A stretch of DNA of 54,710 nt. Origin: a virus (lineage: Duplodnaviria; Caudoviricetes). Location: IMG/VR virus record IMGVR_UViG_3300025117_000080, positions 1-54,710 of that record; one strand, given 5' to 3'. The position numbers and the translations under genes are program-made. The notes under the pieces were generated by a model, which made no database searches, was not told the DNA's origin, and saw only the letters and a list, made by a program, of their open reading frames with translations. This document shows, one piece after another, positions 1 to 8,591 of this stretch (positions within the stretch are counted from its first letter, which is position 1; each line of letters opens with the position of its first letter).

Positions 1-132
1 CGTTATACTCACCTCGATCTTAATAAACTTCAGTTCAGGTTCACACATGCTTATCCTGTTATACCATATACCCTTTGATTGCAATAGCTTTTCAAGCTCG
101 GCAGCGATAGCCAGCGCTTCGCATGGCTTCAT
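1..132. repeat. Terminal direct repeat, left copy (circularisation overlap)
   Basis: 1..132 matches 54579..54710 with only two mismatches near the edges (positions 2 and 129). Confidence 0.95.
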
Positions 133-156
133 GGCTCCGGTGATTTCATTCGCCAT
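1..156 (-). CDS. 55-aa hypothetical protein spanning the circular junction (ends at TAA 54567-54569)
   Basis: ATG at 156 directly after the portal stop; reads MANEITGAMKPCEALAIAAELEKLLQSKGIWYNRISMCEPELKFIKIEVSIKVRK* once the ends are joined. Confidence 0.7.
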   Translation of the reverse strand, partial: MANEITGAMKPCEALAIAAELEKLLQSKGIWYNRISMCEPELKFIKIEVSIT

Positions 157-2220
157 CTATCGCCCTCCCATCATCCTGAGCGTATCAATCACAACTTGTT
201 GAATGATCGGTATCATCTGCGCAATCTGCTGCTGGCCCTGCATTTGGTTTTGGACTTGCGCGGCCTGCATCGACTGCGCGTCTTTGGCAAGGTCGATCTT
301 CTTTCCTTCGATGTCGAGCTGCCCTTTGGCCAGATCTTGCTGGCCTTTCTTCAGGTCCTGCTCACCCTTCATCACGGCTAATTGAATGCGTGGGTCGGGC
401 GGGGGCGCTTGAGCCGGTTGTGGCTGCATCAGGGCTTTGATCTCTTCCCCGATCTCCTGGGCTTCAGGCCAGTCCTGGGCCTTTGCTATCCTGGGGATGA
501 GTACGGGCATCACCTGGGGAGCGCCCTGGCCAAGCTGAATCATGCCGTCCGCGGCTTCCTGGCGCTTGGTCAGATAGCCGGGGCCGGCGTCACAGGTTAC
601 GTCGAACTTGCCGGTTGACAGGTTGTTGTAGATCGTCTTTTCGCCAGTGATGGGATTTACGTAGGTGAAATTGACCCGCGCCCATGCTTCGGTCCCGTCC
701 TGATTCGGATTGACGAGTGGCTTTCCATCCGGGCCCGGCTTGGCATTGGCGAATGTCTTTTTTAGGTCATCGCCCATCAGCCTTACAACCCTGTCGCCGT
801 CGTAGATGTTTTGGATCAGGTCCACCAGGACTTTGCCGGTGTACTTGACGGCTTTGATTTGGTTGTCAGGAAATTCGAACGTGGCAATGTCGCCTTCGGC
901 TGCTCTGGCACGAATAGCTTTTCCGCTTGTCTCGTTGCTTCTCGCACCCAAGGAGGCGTCATAGACTCCGGTTGTGACCTTGATATCGTCGGCTGAGATT
1001 TGGGCAAGCTGGAGGGCTCCTGAATCGCTCACGGACCCACCAAGGCGCGATGGTGATGCTTGGCCCTCGACGTGCTTGTAAAGCAGGTAGGGCATCGGGG
1101 TCGTGTATGCCTTATCCCAAAGTGCCTGGTATTCGCCAATTTGTTCAGCCGTCAATATCCACGGTTGTTTCGGTGACAGGGCCAGTGTTTCCATGTTGTT
1201 CGACATGGCCCAGTTGTAAATCTTCTGCGGCTCCATGGCGTCTTTAATGGCGCTGTTTAAGATGCGCTCACCTTCGATCCATTTTTCTTCGCCCAACTCT
1301 GGAATGATCGGGATGTATTTTCCGGCCCACTCTTGCGGACCTTCCAAGATCTCCCTTCCAGAGATTTTGCACCACATGACTTTGTGGCTCTTTACTGAGC
1401 GGGTGCGCTTGAACGGTGCCTTGAACCCGTTGGAGTCTTCGACCATTTCAACCGACTGGCCGGTTTCGTCTGTCTCCTTTGTAACCTTGGGCTTTTCGAT
1501 CTCGATTACATTGCCGTCTGGTAGTTCGTAGATGTGCTTAGTAACCGGCTCCTTGTAAAAATACTCAGCGATTCTAACCGTATCGGTAGCGAACCAATCG
1601 GACATGGATTCGCCTTCGCCCTTGTCGATACCTCCAAAGTTGGCGTCCTTGTAAGATTCTTCGGCCTTTTTGCGTTTGATGTCTGAAATTATGAAACAAA
1701 AGTCTGCGTCGCTGTAGTCGGCTTTGATCGCTGATTGGTCGTAGTAGACAGAGAAGGGGTTGACGATGCGCTCAATGTAAATATCCTGGTCAAACGTATT
1801 GTCATCAGCGTACCTTGTGAGCGCCCTCCAATATCCGTAAGCCCCACGGACTGAGCAGCTTGCCCCGTTATCATAGGCTGAATCTGCATCGGATACGTTT
1901 TCTATGTTGCGAATCAAGCCCGTCATGAGTTCGGCCACCATTGGATCGGTTGCGCTATCCTCTGGTCTGATCTTGATGCGCGGTCGGTTCTGGCGCATGG
2001 AATTAACGATTTTCTTGGACGTTCCCGAAACACGGTTGACCGTGCAGCATGGCCTTCCAAGGCGCTGTTGCTTTTCAGCCTCGGTCCATTGGTCGCCGTT
2101 TTCAAAGGCCATCGATGCGCGAGCCCGCTCCCGGTTCGCCTGCTCTGCGGTCTTTGATTCCTCGAACTGCTCAAGGGCTTTGGTTATGAAGGCTTGTTCT
2201 TTGTCTTTTTTCATTGTCAA
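157..2220 (-). CDS. Portal protein, P22 gp1-like
   Basis: 687 aa; GDQW, RPRIKIRP, WAGKYIPIIP, SNETSGKAIRAR, GKFDVTCDAGPGYLTKRQEA motifs; Q-rich C-terminal barrel; follows terL. Confidence 0.93.
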   Translation of the reverse strand: MTMKKDKEQAFITKALEQFEESKTAEQANRERARASMAFENGDQWTEAEKQQRLGRPCCTVNRVSGTSKKIVNSMRQNRPRIKIRPEDSATDPMVAELMTGLIRNIENVSDADSAYDNGASCSVRGAYGYWRALTRYADDNTFDQDIYIERIVNPFSVYYDQSAIKADYSDADFCFIISDIKRKKAEESYKDANFGGIDKGEGESMSDWFATDTVRIAEYFYKEPVTKHIYELPDGNVIEIEKPKVTKETDETGQSVEMVEDSNGFKAPFKRTRSVKSHKVMWCKISGREILEGPQEWAGKYIPIIPELGEEKWIEGERILNSAIKDAMEPQKIYNWAMSNNMETLALSPKQPWILTAEQIGEYQALWDKAYTTPMPYLLYKHVEGQASPSRLGGSVSDSGALQLAQISADDIKVTTGVYDASLGARSNETSGKAIRARAAEGDIATFEFPDNQIKAVKYTGKVLVDLIQNIYDGDRVVRLMGDDLKKTFANAKPGPDGKPLVNPNQDGTEAWARVNFTYVNPITGEKTIYNNLSTGKFDVTCDAGPGYLTKRQEAADGMIQLGQGAPQVMPVLIPRIAKAQDWPEAQEIGEEIKALMQPQPAQAPPPDPRIQLAVMKGEQDLKKGQQDLAKGQLDIEGKKIDLAKDAQSMQAAQVQNQMQGQQQIAQMIPIIQQVVIDTLRMMGGR

Positions 2221-2327
2221 TCCAGCGTTATTTGTAACGGTTTTTGCTATTTTTGCAACATACTGTTTTTGCTTTGGTTAATGCCAAGTGCTCACGGGCG
2301 GGAGACACCTGTTTTTGAGTCTCTGTT

Positions 2328-3668
2328 TTATAACGCATACGCGCTAATCCTTGGTGCCGTGAACGCTTTGACCGGCTTCGGTGCGCCCTCTACAATCGCA
2401 CCGAACAGATCGGTGAAGGCCCATACATAGGCATCTGCCCGGTTGGGTGAATTTGCGCCCATATAGCCGCGAGTTGTGAACGCACAAAGTTCGTCTTCCA
2501 GGTCGTAGAAGTTGCCGGCGTGCCTGATTTGGCCTTTCTCGGCCAAGGCTGAAATCGGTTCAGCCCGAACGACTTTACCCCTTGTTGCTGTAACCTTGCG
2601 AAATGGCGTTCTTTTCCTGGCTGTCTGGATTACATGCTCAACCATTGCGCCACCATAGTTTCCTTCAGCTACTATCGCGTCTGCCTTGTGCCGCTCGTAT
2701 GCCTGGGTTGCTATCCTCCCCCAAGTTACCGGGCCAGCCTTGCAGGTTAAGTCCTCCAGAAGATACCCGTTGCCGTCTACTCCTAAACCAGCAACCACAA
2801 TGCCTATTGCGTCGTTGTCGGCGTTATCTTCGTCGCCTGAGCCTGAAGGATCAACCGCGACCACAACACGCTGCATATCTGGGAGATTTGACGTGGTGCG
2901 CCATGTTTCGATGCCCTCTACTGTCCATAGTGCACCTTCAGCGACCGGCGCGAATGTTCCATCCATGAACCTGATCCGCATTCTTGCCGGTAAGTTTTCC
3001 AGGGTCTGCATGTAGCCCTCTGGTAAATTGTCGGTGTTGTCTGCGGGATTGATTACCATCGAAGCGTAATCGTCGGGATTTTTAAGGGGCTGCTTTGTAT
3101 CTGGATCGCGTTTCTTTTCGAATAGTTGATAGGTCCAGTGGGCTTGAGAAGGGGGGTTGCAGTCGTACAGCATCTTCAGGCGAAGCTCGCCTTCTTTTTT
3201 TCCGAGTTTGTACGAAACTTTTTGAGCGAGGCGGGTAAGGGCCAAATTTCGTGAATTGTATGGGATTTGAGAACATTCATTCAGGTAGAGCGTTGCATAT
3301 TCCTGGCCTAAAATCTTTTCTGTTCTCTCCTTGTCGTCAAGCCCGCCAAACCATATCTGTGACCTGTTGGGAAATTCTGCATACCAATCGGTCCTATCAA
3401 TGTTGTTGGCGCTGAGTTCAGGGAAGCATAAGCGCATGACTTTGGGGTAAGTATCGTGAACGATAGCGGCTTTAACGTGATTGAAGCGAAAGCGGAGAAT
3501 TGCATGACGCGATTCCGCCGCTGCAAGTGCGCGGATTATTACGGTTCTGACGAGTTTAAAAGTTTTGCCGGATCGTGATCCACCAAAGAGCAGGCAGTGT
3601 GTGGCGTCTGAGCTAAGTACCTTGTTGGCCTGGCGCTGCTTGGCTGTTTCTTTGAAGGTTACAGACAC
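2328..3668 (-). CDS. terL: Terminase large subunit
   Basis: Walker A GGSRSGKT, Walker B LYLNE, coupling motif DCNPP, RNase H-like VVAVDPS and SPNRADA. Confidence 0.95.
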   Translation of the reverse strand: MSVTFKETAKQRQANKVLSSDATHCLLFGGSRSGKTFKLVRTVIIRALAAAESRHAILRFRFNHVKAAIVHDTYPKVMRLCFPELSANNIDRTDWYAEFPNRSQIWFGGLDDKERTEKILGQEYATLYLNECSQIPYNSRNLALTRLAQKVSYKLGKKEGELRLKMLYDCNPPSQAHWTYQLFEKKRDPDTKQPLKNPDDYASMVINPADNTDNLPEGYMQTLENLPARMRIRFMDGTFAPVAEGALWTVEGIETWRTTSNLPDMQRVVVAVDPSGSGDEDNADNDAIGIVVAGLGVDGNGYLLEDLTCKAGPVTWGRIATQAYERHKADAIVAEGNYGGAMVEHVIQTARKRTPFRKVTATRGKVVRAEPISALAEKGQIRHAGNFYDLEDELCAFTTRGYMGANSPNRADAYVWAFTDLFGAIVEGAPKPVKAFTAPRISAYAL

Positions 3669-4135
3669 TCTGAATCCTCTCCGGTGATCGATATATTGAC
3701 CGTTCCAGAGTGTTCAATCTCTTGTTTTTCTCGCCAAACCTTGGGCTTACGGTTCTTGAGCCACATTGTCATAGCGGGCGTGTCTGGAGGGTAAATCTTT
3801 TTTAGTTCTGCGTACTCCCATCGGCCACCATTATCGTCCTGAACCCATTGCGCCTTGGTGTCTGGGCACTCGAAACCGACGGCTCTTTCGTACAGCGCAC
3901 GCTCTACTTTTGCGTCGGCTTCAAGCTTCCAGTCTATGAGTGACTTGAAAAATTTAGGATCTTTCCTCTTCCAATTATTCAGAGTGTCATCTGTAATTTG
4001 AAGCGCTAACGCTGTCTCTTTGTCCGTGAACCCTTTAGAGTAGCAGAGTTTTAGGCCTTCGTAATGGATCGAATCTTTCTTCGATTTCCTACCGCGTTTT
4101 TTCAGGGTCTTTGGGTCTTTGCGTTTTGTTGCCAT
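3659..4135 (-). CDS. terS: Terminase small subunit
   Basis: HTH (GFTDKETA...TLNNWK), VERALYERAVG, PPDT..WLKNRKP..WREKQEIEHSG; overlaps terL start. Confidence 0.88.
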   Translation of the reverse strand: MATKRKDPKTLKKRGRKSKKDSIHYEGLKLCYSKGFTDKETALALQITDDTLNNWKRKDPKFFKSLIDWKLEADAKVERALYERAVGFECPDTKAQWVQDDNGGRWEYAELKKIYPPDTPAMTMWLKNRKPKVWREKQEIEHSGTVNISITGEDSECL

Positions 4136-4173
4136 ACCTTAAAACCAATCCGGTGCCGGCTTCTTGGTCTCGG

Positions 4174-4473
4174 TCATTCGCCGCCCTCATAGTGGTATTC
4201 AACCCACCTGTTGAGACCGTTGCGGAATTGTTTGGCGACGTAAAGGTGCAGATTGATTGTGTCGCGTGCCTGGATTTCCGAAATCGGAGTGGCTTGTAGG
4301 CTTGGTATCTTGGCAGCGTAAAAAACCTCCTGGTCAGGATGGACCAATACGGTTTGACCGTCGCACGGTCCACCTGCCAGGCGGGTCTCATAAAAGCGGG
4401 GGCCTCCGACAAGCCCCGGGGACATCTGCCGGAGGCCCCCTTCCTGTGGGGTGTCTTGGTTGGTGGGGGTCAT
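4174..4473 (-). CDS. Hypothetical protein
   Basis: ATGA overlap with upstream gene; LAGGPCDG motif seen in small phage proteins. Confidence 0.55.
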   Translation of the reverse strand: MTPTNQDTPQEGGLRQMSPGLVGGPRFYETRLAGGPCDGQTVLVHPDQEVFYAAKIPSLQATPISEIQARDTINLHLYVAKQFRNGLNRWVEYHYEGGE

Positions 4474-4673
4474 TCTCTTGCCTGCCAATGAGTCCCGAAC
4501 AATCCGCAAAGGCTGGGGTCATTGCGAACCTCACTGCACGGCGCGATATCGTTTGTGGCTACTCTGCGGGATATACCACAAAACAGACCTGGGATGGAGA
4601 CTACGTGGCGGCATTCGGTGCAAGGCTTGATTGGTTCGCTGTTCGGTAGCTTCATGCGGATTGGTTCACTCAT
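4470..4673 (-). CDS. Small Cys-rich hypothetical protein
   Basis: CTECRH...C...C...CG; ATGA overlap with tad1. Confidence 0.65.
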   Translation of the reverse strand: MSEPIRMKLPNSEPIKPCTECRHVVSIPGLFCGISRRVATNDIAPCSEVRNDPSLCGLFGTHWQARE

Positions 4674-5029
4674 TTCCGGTTGGTCCCTTCCACCCCTCTT
4701 AGTTGCCGCTGGCGTGTCCGGTGTTCAAGCCAATGAAGGGCTTCTTCGCATTTGGTAAGGGCCAGGGCGTTTTCACGGCATGCGAAAGGGCCGTTCTGAA
4801 AACAGCGCAGCCGGTCAATCACGATAGCAAGTAGGTCTTCCTGGTGGCATCCGTTGACGCCGAACTCTTTCACCGGGCCGTTTTGAAAAACCACATCGGC
4901 AAAGACGGCCGATGGGTCGTTACTGCCGATATTGTTGCTCAAAACCTGGTAGCGGTGATGGGCGCCGCCTTGACCTGGTTCGTCCAAGACCGCAATACTT
5001 GACTTGGGATTTCTGGCGATCTCTCTCAT
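4670..5029 (-). CDS. tad1: Tad1-family anti-defence sponge (anti-Thoeris/anti-CBASS)
   Basis: GxGGAHHxY, FQNGP, EDLLAIVIDRLxxFQxGPFACRENALALTKxEEALxWLxxRxxxRxxRxVxGT match the Tad1 signature; RBS GAGAGGTGG. Confidence 0.85.
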   Translation of the reverse strand: MREIARNPKSSIAVLDEPGQGGAHHRYQVLSNNIGSNDPSAVFADVVFQNGPVKEFGVNGCHQEDLLAIVIDRLRCFQNGPFACRENALALTKCEEALHWLEHRTRQRQLRGVEGTNRK

Positions 5030-5062
5030 AAACCACCTCTCTGTTGCGGGTTAAGGACTTCT

Positions 5063-5150
5063 CCGCTCCCTCGATTCCAACGGGAGCGGTCCACCAAAAA
5101 AGGAGTTACGCTGGCTGATTATATATCAAGATCTTGATTATAGCGCAAGG
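5063..5150 (-). promoter_or_regulatory. Candidate promoter/operator of the tad1-terS-terL operon
   Basis: TTGCGC...TATATA/TATAAT on minus strand; perfect palindrome ATCAAGATCTTGAT at 5125-5138; downstream hairpin CCGCTCCC/GGGAGCGG. Confidence 0.45.
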
Positions 5151-5197
5151 GATTTATTCGATTTTCAGTGGTAGGCTAAAACTATCAATCTTTTTGT

Positions 5198-5226
5198 TTG
5201 ACATGTCTGTCTTGTCGTACTAAATT
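5198..5226 (+). promoter_or_regulatory. Sigma70-type promoter of plus-strand moron
   Basis: TTGACA-17 nt-TAAATT, then AAGGAGG RBS before ATG 5256. Confidence 0.7.
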
Positions 5227-5255
5227 GAGGCTAACAATCAAACAAGGAGGACGCC

Positions 5256-5456
5256 ATGTCACAAGTGAATTTTGTAGCAAACTTCAAGACCCTACCAGAA
5301 GCCGGAGCCGTTCCGAGCTGCGTTCGTGATGCCCAGGATACTTTGAACGAGATTTATGCGCTGGATGCTCGCCGTATCGAACTGTGCAAGCGGCTACAGC
5401 GAGAGGTCGAAAAAATGCAGCAACACCTGCTCCAGTTGTGGAACGCGACGGATTGA
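5256..5456 (+). CDS. Hypothetical coiled-coil protein (moron gene 1)
   Basis: Strong RBS AAGGAGG; 66 aa helical. Confidence 0.7.
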   Translation: MSQVNFVANFKTLPEAGAVPSCVRDAQDTLNEIYALDARRIELCKRLQREVEKMQQHLLQLWNATD

Positions 5457-5703
5457 CATCACCCTATCAACCGACCACCCATCATCAAGCCACGGGCTAC
5501 CGGTAGCCATTATCGAAGGCCAAGCTTACGGGCCGGAAGATATCTATCGCGGCCTGCCGGTTGCGTCCTACATCGTCGTCAATATAGACCCGGATCGGCC
5601 CGACCATGCCGACATGATGCGGTTTTTGTCGCAATCGCCCAAGGCACACGCCAGGGCTTTGGCGGCAGTAGCGCGGCTCAAGAGCGCCAGCGAATCGGAT
5701 TAA
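5356..5703 (+). CDS. Hypothetical phage protein (start uncertain)
   Basis: LSTDHPSSSHGLPV...GQAYGPED motif recurs in small phage proteins; 5' part overlaps previous ORF. Confidence 0.45.
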   Translation: MRWMLAVSNCASGYSERSKKCSNTCSSCGTRRIDITLSTDHPSSSHGLPVAIIEGQAYGPEDIYRGLPVASYIVVNIDPDRPDHADMMRFLSQSPKAHARALAAVARLKSASESD

Positions 5704-5744
5704 CCCCAAAGCCCGGCACGACCGGGCCAGACAAGGAGGACTCT

Positions 5745-5894
5745 ATGGACGACCGTATAACGATCAGGGGCATAGATCCAAAAGTATGGCTGCGAGTCAG
5801 GGCCGAAGCGATCCGTCAGGGAAAAAACGCCGGCCAACTCATGACAGAGTACGCCGAAAAAGGGCTGAAGGTTGACGAAAGGAAAAAGTCATGA
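5745..5894 (+). CDS. Ribbon-helix-helix (Arc/CopG-like) regulator, 49 aa
   Basis: Not in ORF track; RBS AAGGAGGA; MDDRITIRGIDPKVWLRVRAEAIRQGKNAGQLMTEYAEKGL. Confidence 0.75.
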   Translation: MDDRITIRGIDPKVWLRVRAEAIRQGKNAGQLMTEYAEKGLKVDERKKS

Positions 5895-6040
5895 TCGGAC
5901 ACCGCACCCAATATTTTTTGTCCCTGCGTCTTTTGCGATATTATGATGCCCTGACCATTCAACAGCGGTTCGGGTGCTCATTGAGTTACCCTGAATGGCT
6001 GCTTATTCGAATCCACGAAGTCCGCGATCTCGCCAACTAA
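5891..6040 (+). CDS. 49-aa hypothetical protein
   Basis: ATGA overlap with RHH gene; MIGHRTQYFLSLRLLRYYDALT... Confidence 0.5.
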   Translation: MIGHRTQYFLSLRLLRYYDALTIQQRFGCSLSYPEWLLIRIHEVRDLAN

Positions 6041-6046
6041 TCCCAC

Positions 6047-6082
6047 CAAAAAAACCCGCCCAGGCTGCACACCCGGGCGGGC
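6047..6082 (-). terminator. Intrinsic terminator of the leftward replication operon
   Basis: CCCGCCC/GGGCGGG hairpin followed by a U-run on the minus strand. Confidence 0.7.
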
Positions 6083-6164
6083 CACTTCATCAAACCGTTT
6101 TATGTCGTCCCGGTTTTAGCGGGTGTGCATGGTGGGGCCTCCTTTCTCCTGGTCGTTACGGAGC

Positions 6165-6497
6165 CTAATCCATGCCCTTAATCGCACCGAGCAGATAGGT
6201 TGCCCTTATGACGGCTTGATTGGTTTTGTGGTAATCGCATAGCAATTCGTAGCGGCTGATCAGATTCCCGTTTTTACTGTAGAAATTCCCGTCTCCGCTC
6301 AACAAGATATTGTCTTGCTTGCGGATATCTACCAGCAAGTCACATGCTTCTTTTATTAGTTGCTCTCGTTTTTCTGACATACTGCCTCCCGTGTCTTTGG
6401 TGGTTCGCAAGGTTCGCAAGTGCAACAATATCTCCGGTCTTGCATCACGCACCAGGCCCAGCCGGTTTTTGAATAGTGGCAAGTGTCTTTTTTCCAT
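6165..6497 (-). CDS. Hypothetical protein (probable start MSEKRE, 6380)
   Basis: GGGAGG RBS before the internal ATG. Confidence 0.55.
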   Translation of the reverse strand: MEKRHLPLFKNRLGLVRDARPEILLHLRTLRTTKDTGGSMSEKREQLIKEACDLLVDIRKQDNILLSGDGNFYSKNGNLISRYELLCDYHKTNQAVIRATYLLGAIKGMD

Positions 6498-6547
6498 CCA
6501 TCCCTGCCGTCGATGCGTCGGTTGACCATGATCCGTTCTCCCTATCC

Positions 6548-7657
6548 CTACGGCACCAAAGCCCGCTGTAAAATCATAAGCGCCTGCGCCTGAACCGTCC
6601 GAAAATCGGCCTTGGCCTGCTTTGCAAGTTCGGACATCAACTCCGGATAATCATCGAACCGTAACTCCAGGGACTTGGCCGAACGCTCCTTAAGCCCCAC
6701 CCGGTCTGTGGCCTGTATCCGGTAACATACTTTGCACAGGTGCATGTAGCCGTCCGGCGACATTTTGGACCTCATAAATTTTTCAATGGGCTGCGCTTCT
6801 CTCGCGTGTGCGCAACGCTCGCTCCTGCAAATCTTTTCCGTGATCTCCTGTTTCTGTTCCATGGTTTGCGCTTTCCCCTCCTGTTGTGGTTGCTCGATGG
6901 CCTCCTGCCATTCCTTGACAGGGTAAGATTTGACGGCGATGGCCAGCAGATCCCGCCGCTTCTGGTCGTATATTTTCTGTTTCCTGATCATGCAGACCTT
7001 GCAAAACCATGCTTTGCCATCAGCATTGTTCTTGTTGTTGTAAAAATTATCTAGCGGCTGCGGTGCTCCTTTGGCCTCACAATCTGGCTCAGGGCATATC
7101 TTTGTAGTCGCCGGTTCCGCTGCGGGCTGATCCGGTTCGATGCCGGCCGCCCGGTCCAGCCGTTCGCGCAGGTTCTTTTTGAGGCCGGCGAGCTTCTGCT
7201 TGCGTTCTTCGGCCATGTCGCGCTGGCAATCCTTGCAATATCCGCACAGGCCGTCTTTTCTGCTGCCCTTGTGAAAATTTTCGGCGGCCTGGGGCCGGCC
7301 TTCGTGCTTGCACTCTTTGCGGCTGCAAACCTTTCCGGCCGGCGCCGGTGATGGCTCTGTAATCTGACCGGGCTTCGCCATGGCCCTCTTGTCCCATTTC
7401 CTGCCGCCCACGCGCATCTGATACGCCTTGACTGCACCGGGAGAGACTTCTTTCTCAATCTCTTTACCCTGTTCGCAATCACGGCAGGCTGTGTCTCCGC
7501 TTCCTGGCTTGTTTCCTGATTTACCTACTATCCAATCCTGTACAGAGTTTTTGCGCCGGATTACACAGGCGGCTTTTTCCATGCGGCAACCAGACTTGTC
7601 GCACTTGAAAAATGTTTCGCTGCTGAGGATTGATTCCATTGCGGTTTCTGTGGTCAT
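6548..7657 (-). CDS. Cys-rich protein with three tandem zinc-finger-like repeats and RHH-like C-terminus
   Basis: 3x K.C....C....PQ..(E/D)(N/K)F......DG....CK.C; C-terminal LELRFDDYPELMSELAKQAKADFRTVQAQAL. Confidence 0.75.
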   Translation of the reverse strand: MTTETAMESILSSETFFKCDKSGCRMEKAACVIRRKNSVQDWIVGKSGNKPGSGDTACRDCEQGKEIEKEVSPGAVKAYQMRVGGRKWDKRAMAKPGQITEPSPAPAGKVCSRKECKHEGRPQAAENFHKGSRKDGLCGYCKDCQRDMAEERKQKLAGLKKNLRERLDRAAGIEPDQPAAEPATTKICPEPDCEAKGAPQPLDNFYNNKNNADGKAWFCKVCMIRKQKIYDQKRRDLLAIAVKSYPVKEWQEAIEQPQQEGKAQTMEQKQEITEKICRSERCAHAREAQPIEKFMRSKMSPDGYMHLCKVCYRIQATDRVGLKERSAKSLELRFDDYPELMSELAKQAKADFRTVQAQALMILQRALVP

Positions 7658-8148
7658 TTGGATACCTCCATAGCGTATGCCAACATCCCCAAAGCATCAG
7701 CCGTTTTGAGCGTAACCTTAACCCCAGGAAACAACGCTTGAGCCTTGGCCTTGATCTTGGTCTTTCTCTCGCGCTTGCGCTCTGCCAAGAGCCTCCTGCG
7801 CTCTGCTGCGGGCGTTTCCTTGGGGATCTTCGGGTAAGACGGCTTACCGATGAACCAATGCTCCCATTTAGCCGGCAGGATCGAACTATGAGAAATCCCC
7901 AAGGCCAGCAGCGCCATGTCAAGGTGGCCGCAATGTCGGGCAAACTTGACCGCAGCCGGACCAGAGTTCCCTGGCATGTACCCGCCTACCTGCTCAATCA
8001 GGCATGAGGCACTACCGATGCCAAGAGTAATCGCCTGGATTGCTTTCAATACGTCAAGCGGGGTGTCCGGCATCTCTATGCACTCGACTGTTCCATTTCT
8101 TTTCCAGGCTATGCCGCCGCTTTGTCCTGGGTCGATTGCTATCAGCAT
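7654..8148 (-). CDS. RuvC-like Holliday junction resolvase
   Basis: IAIDPGQSGGIA, CLIEQV, TADAL catalytic motifs. Confidence 0.8.
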   Translation of the reverse strand: MLIAIDPGQSGGIAWKRNGTVECIEMPDTPLDVLKAIQAITLGIGSASCLIEQVGGYMPGNSGPAAVKFARHCGHLDMALLALGISHSSILPAKWEHWFIGKPSYPKIPKETPAAERRRLLAERKRERKTKIKAKAQALFPGVKVTLKTADALGMLAYAMEVSK

Positions 8149-8194
8149 GGGGGCTTTCCTTTCTGGGGTCGGTTGCCGGGTCGTTACGAGCCCT

Positions 8195-8560
8195 TTAGTA
8201 TTTCTCGCACCTTGTGCACCGTAAGCCCTTACGGCTCACGGATGATTCAAATCCTGGCTGGCCACCGCACCATGTGCAGTAACCAAAGGTCTTCCTTGAC
8301 GACCAGCGCGCAAGGCGGAATAGCCTTTGCACCACAAGAGGCCCCCATATCTTGCGCCACTTAATACTCATTGCCTCTTTTAACCTGAAAGATAGCGGCA
8401 GCTTATACGTTTTTGGCTTACAATCCCTGCACACCAAAACCATTTCATCCATGCCGGTGTCTGGATGCTCTTCGCGCCAATATGTATTCGTGCCGCCGCA
8501 TTTTTCGCACTTATCTGATTTCATGGTCCGTTCTCCTTTAAGGCTCGAAATTCCTATCAT
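8195..8560 (-). CDS. Zinc-finger hypothetical protein
   Basis: Four CxxC pairs; probable start MKSDKC. Confidence 0.55.
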   Translation of the reverse strand: MIGISSLKGERTMKSDKCEKCGGTNTYWREEHPDTGMDEMVLVCRDCKPKTYKLPLSFRLKEAMSIKWRKIWGPLVVQRLFRLARWSSRKTFGYCTWCGGQPGFESSVSRKGLRCTRCEKY

Positions 8561-8591
8561 CGCGGCCCCCGGCGAACCAGGGGCGGCACGG

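Noticed and set aside
1-132. Terminal repeat as a biological direct terminal repeat
   Set aside because: Falls inside a gene between portal and scaffold and its length resembles an assembler overlap; attP is intact, so it only indicates a circular or permuted contig
3270-3295. Walker B reads YLNE rather than hhDE
   Set aside because: To my knowledge a variant seen in this terminase group; all other motifs are intact
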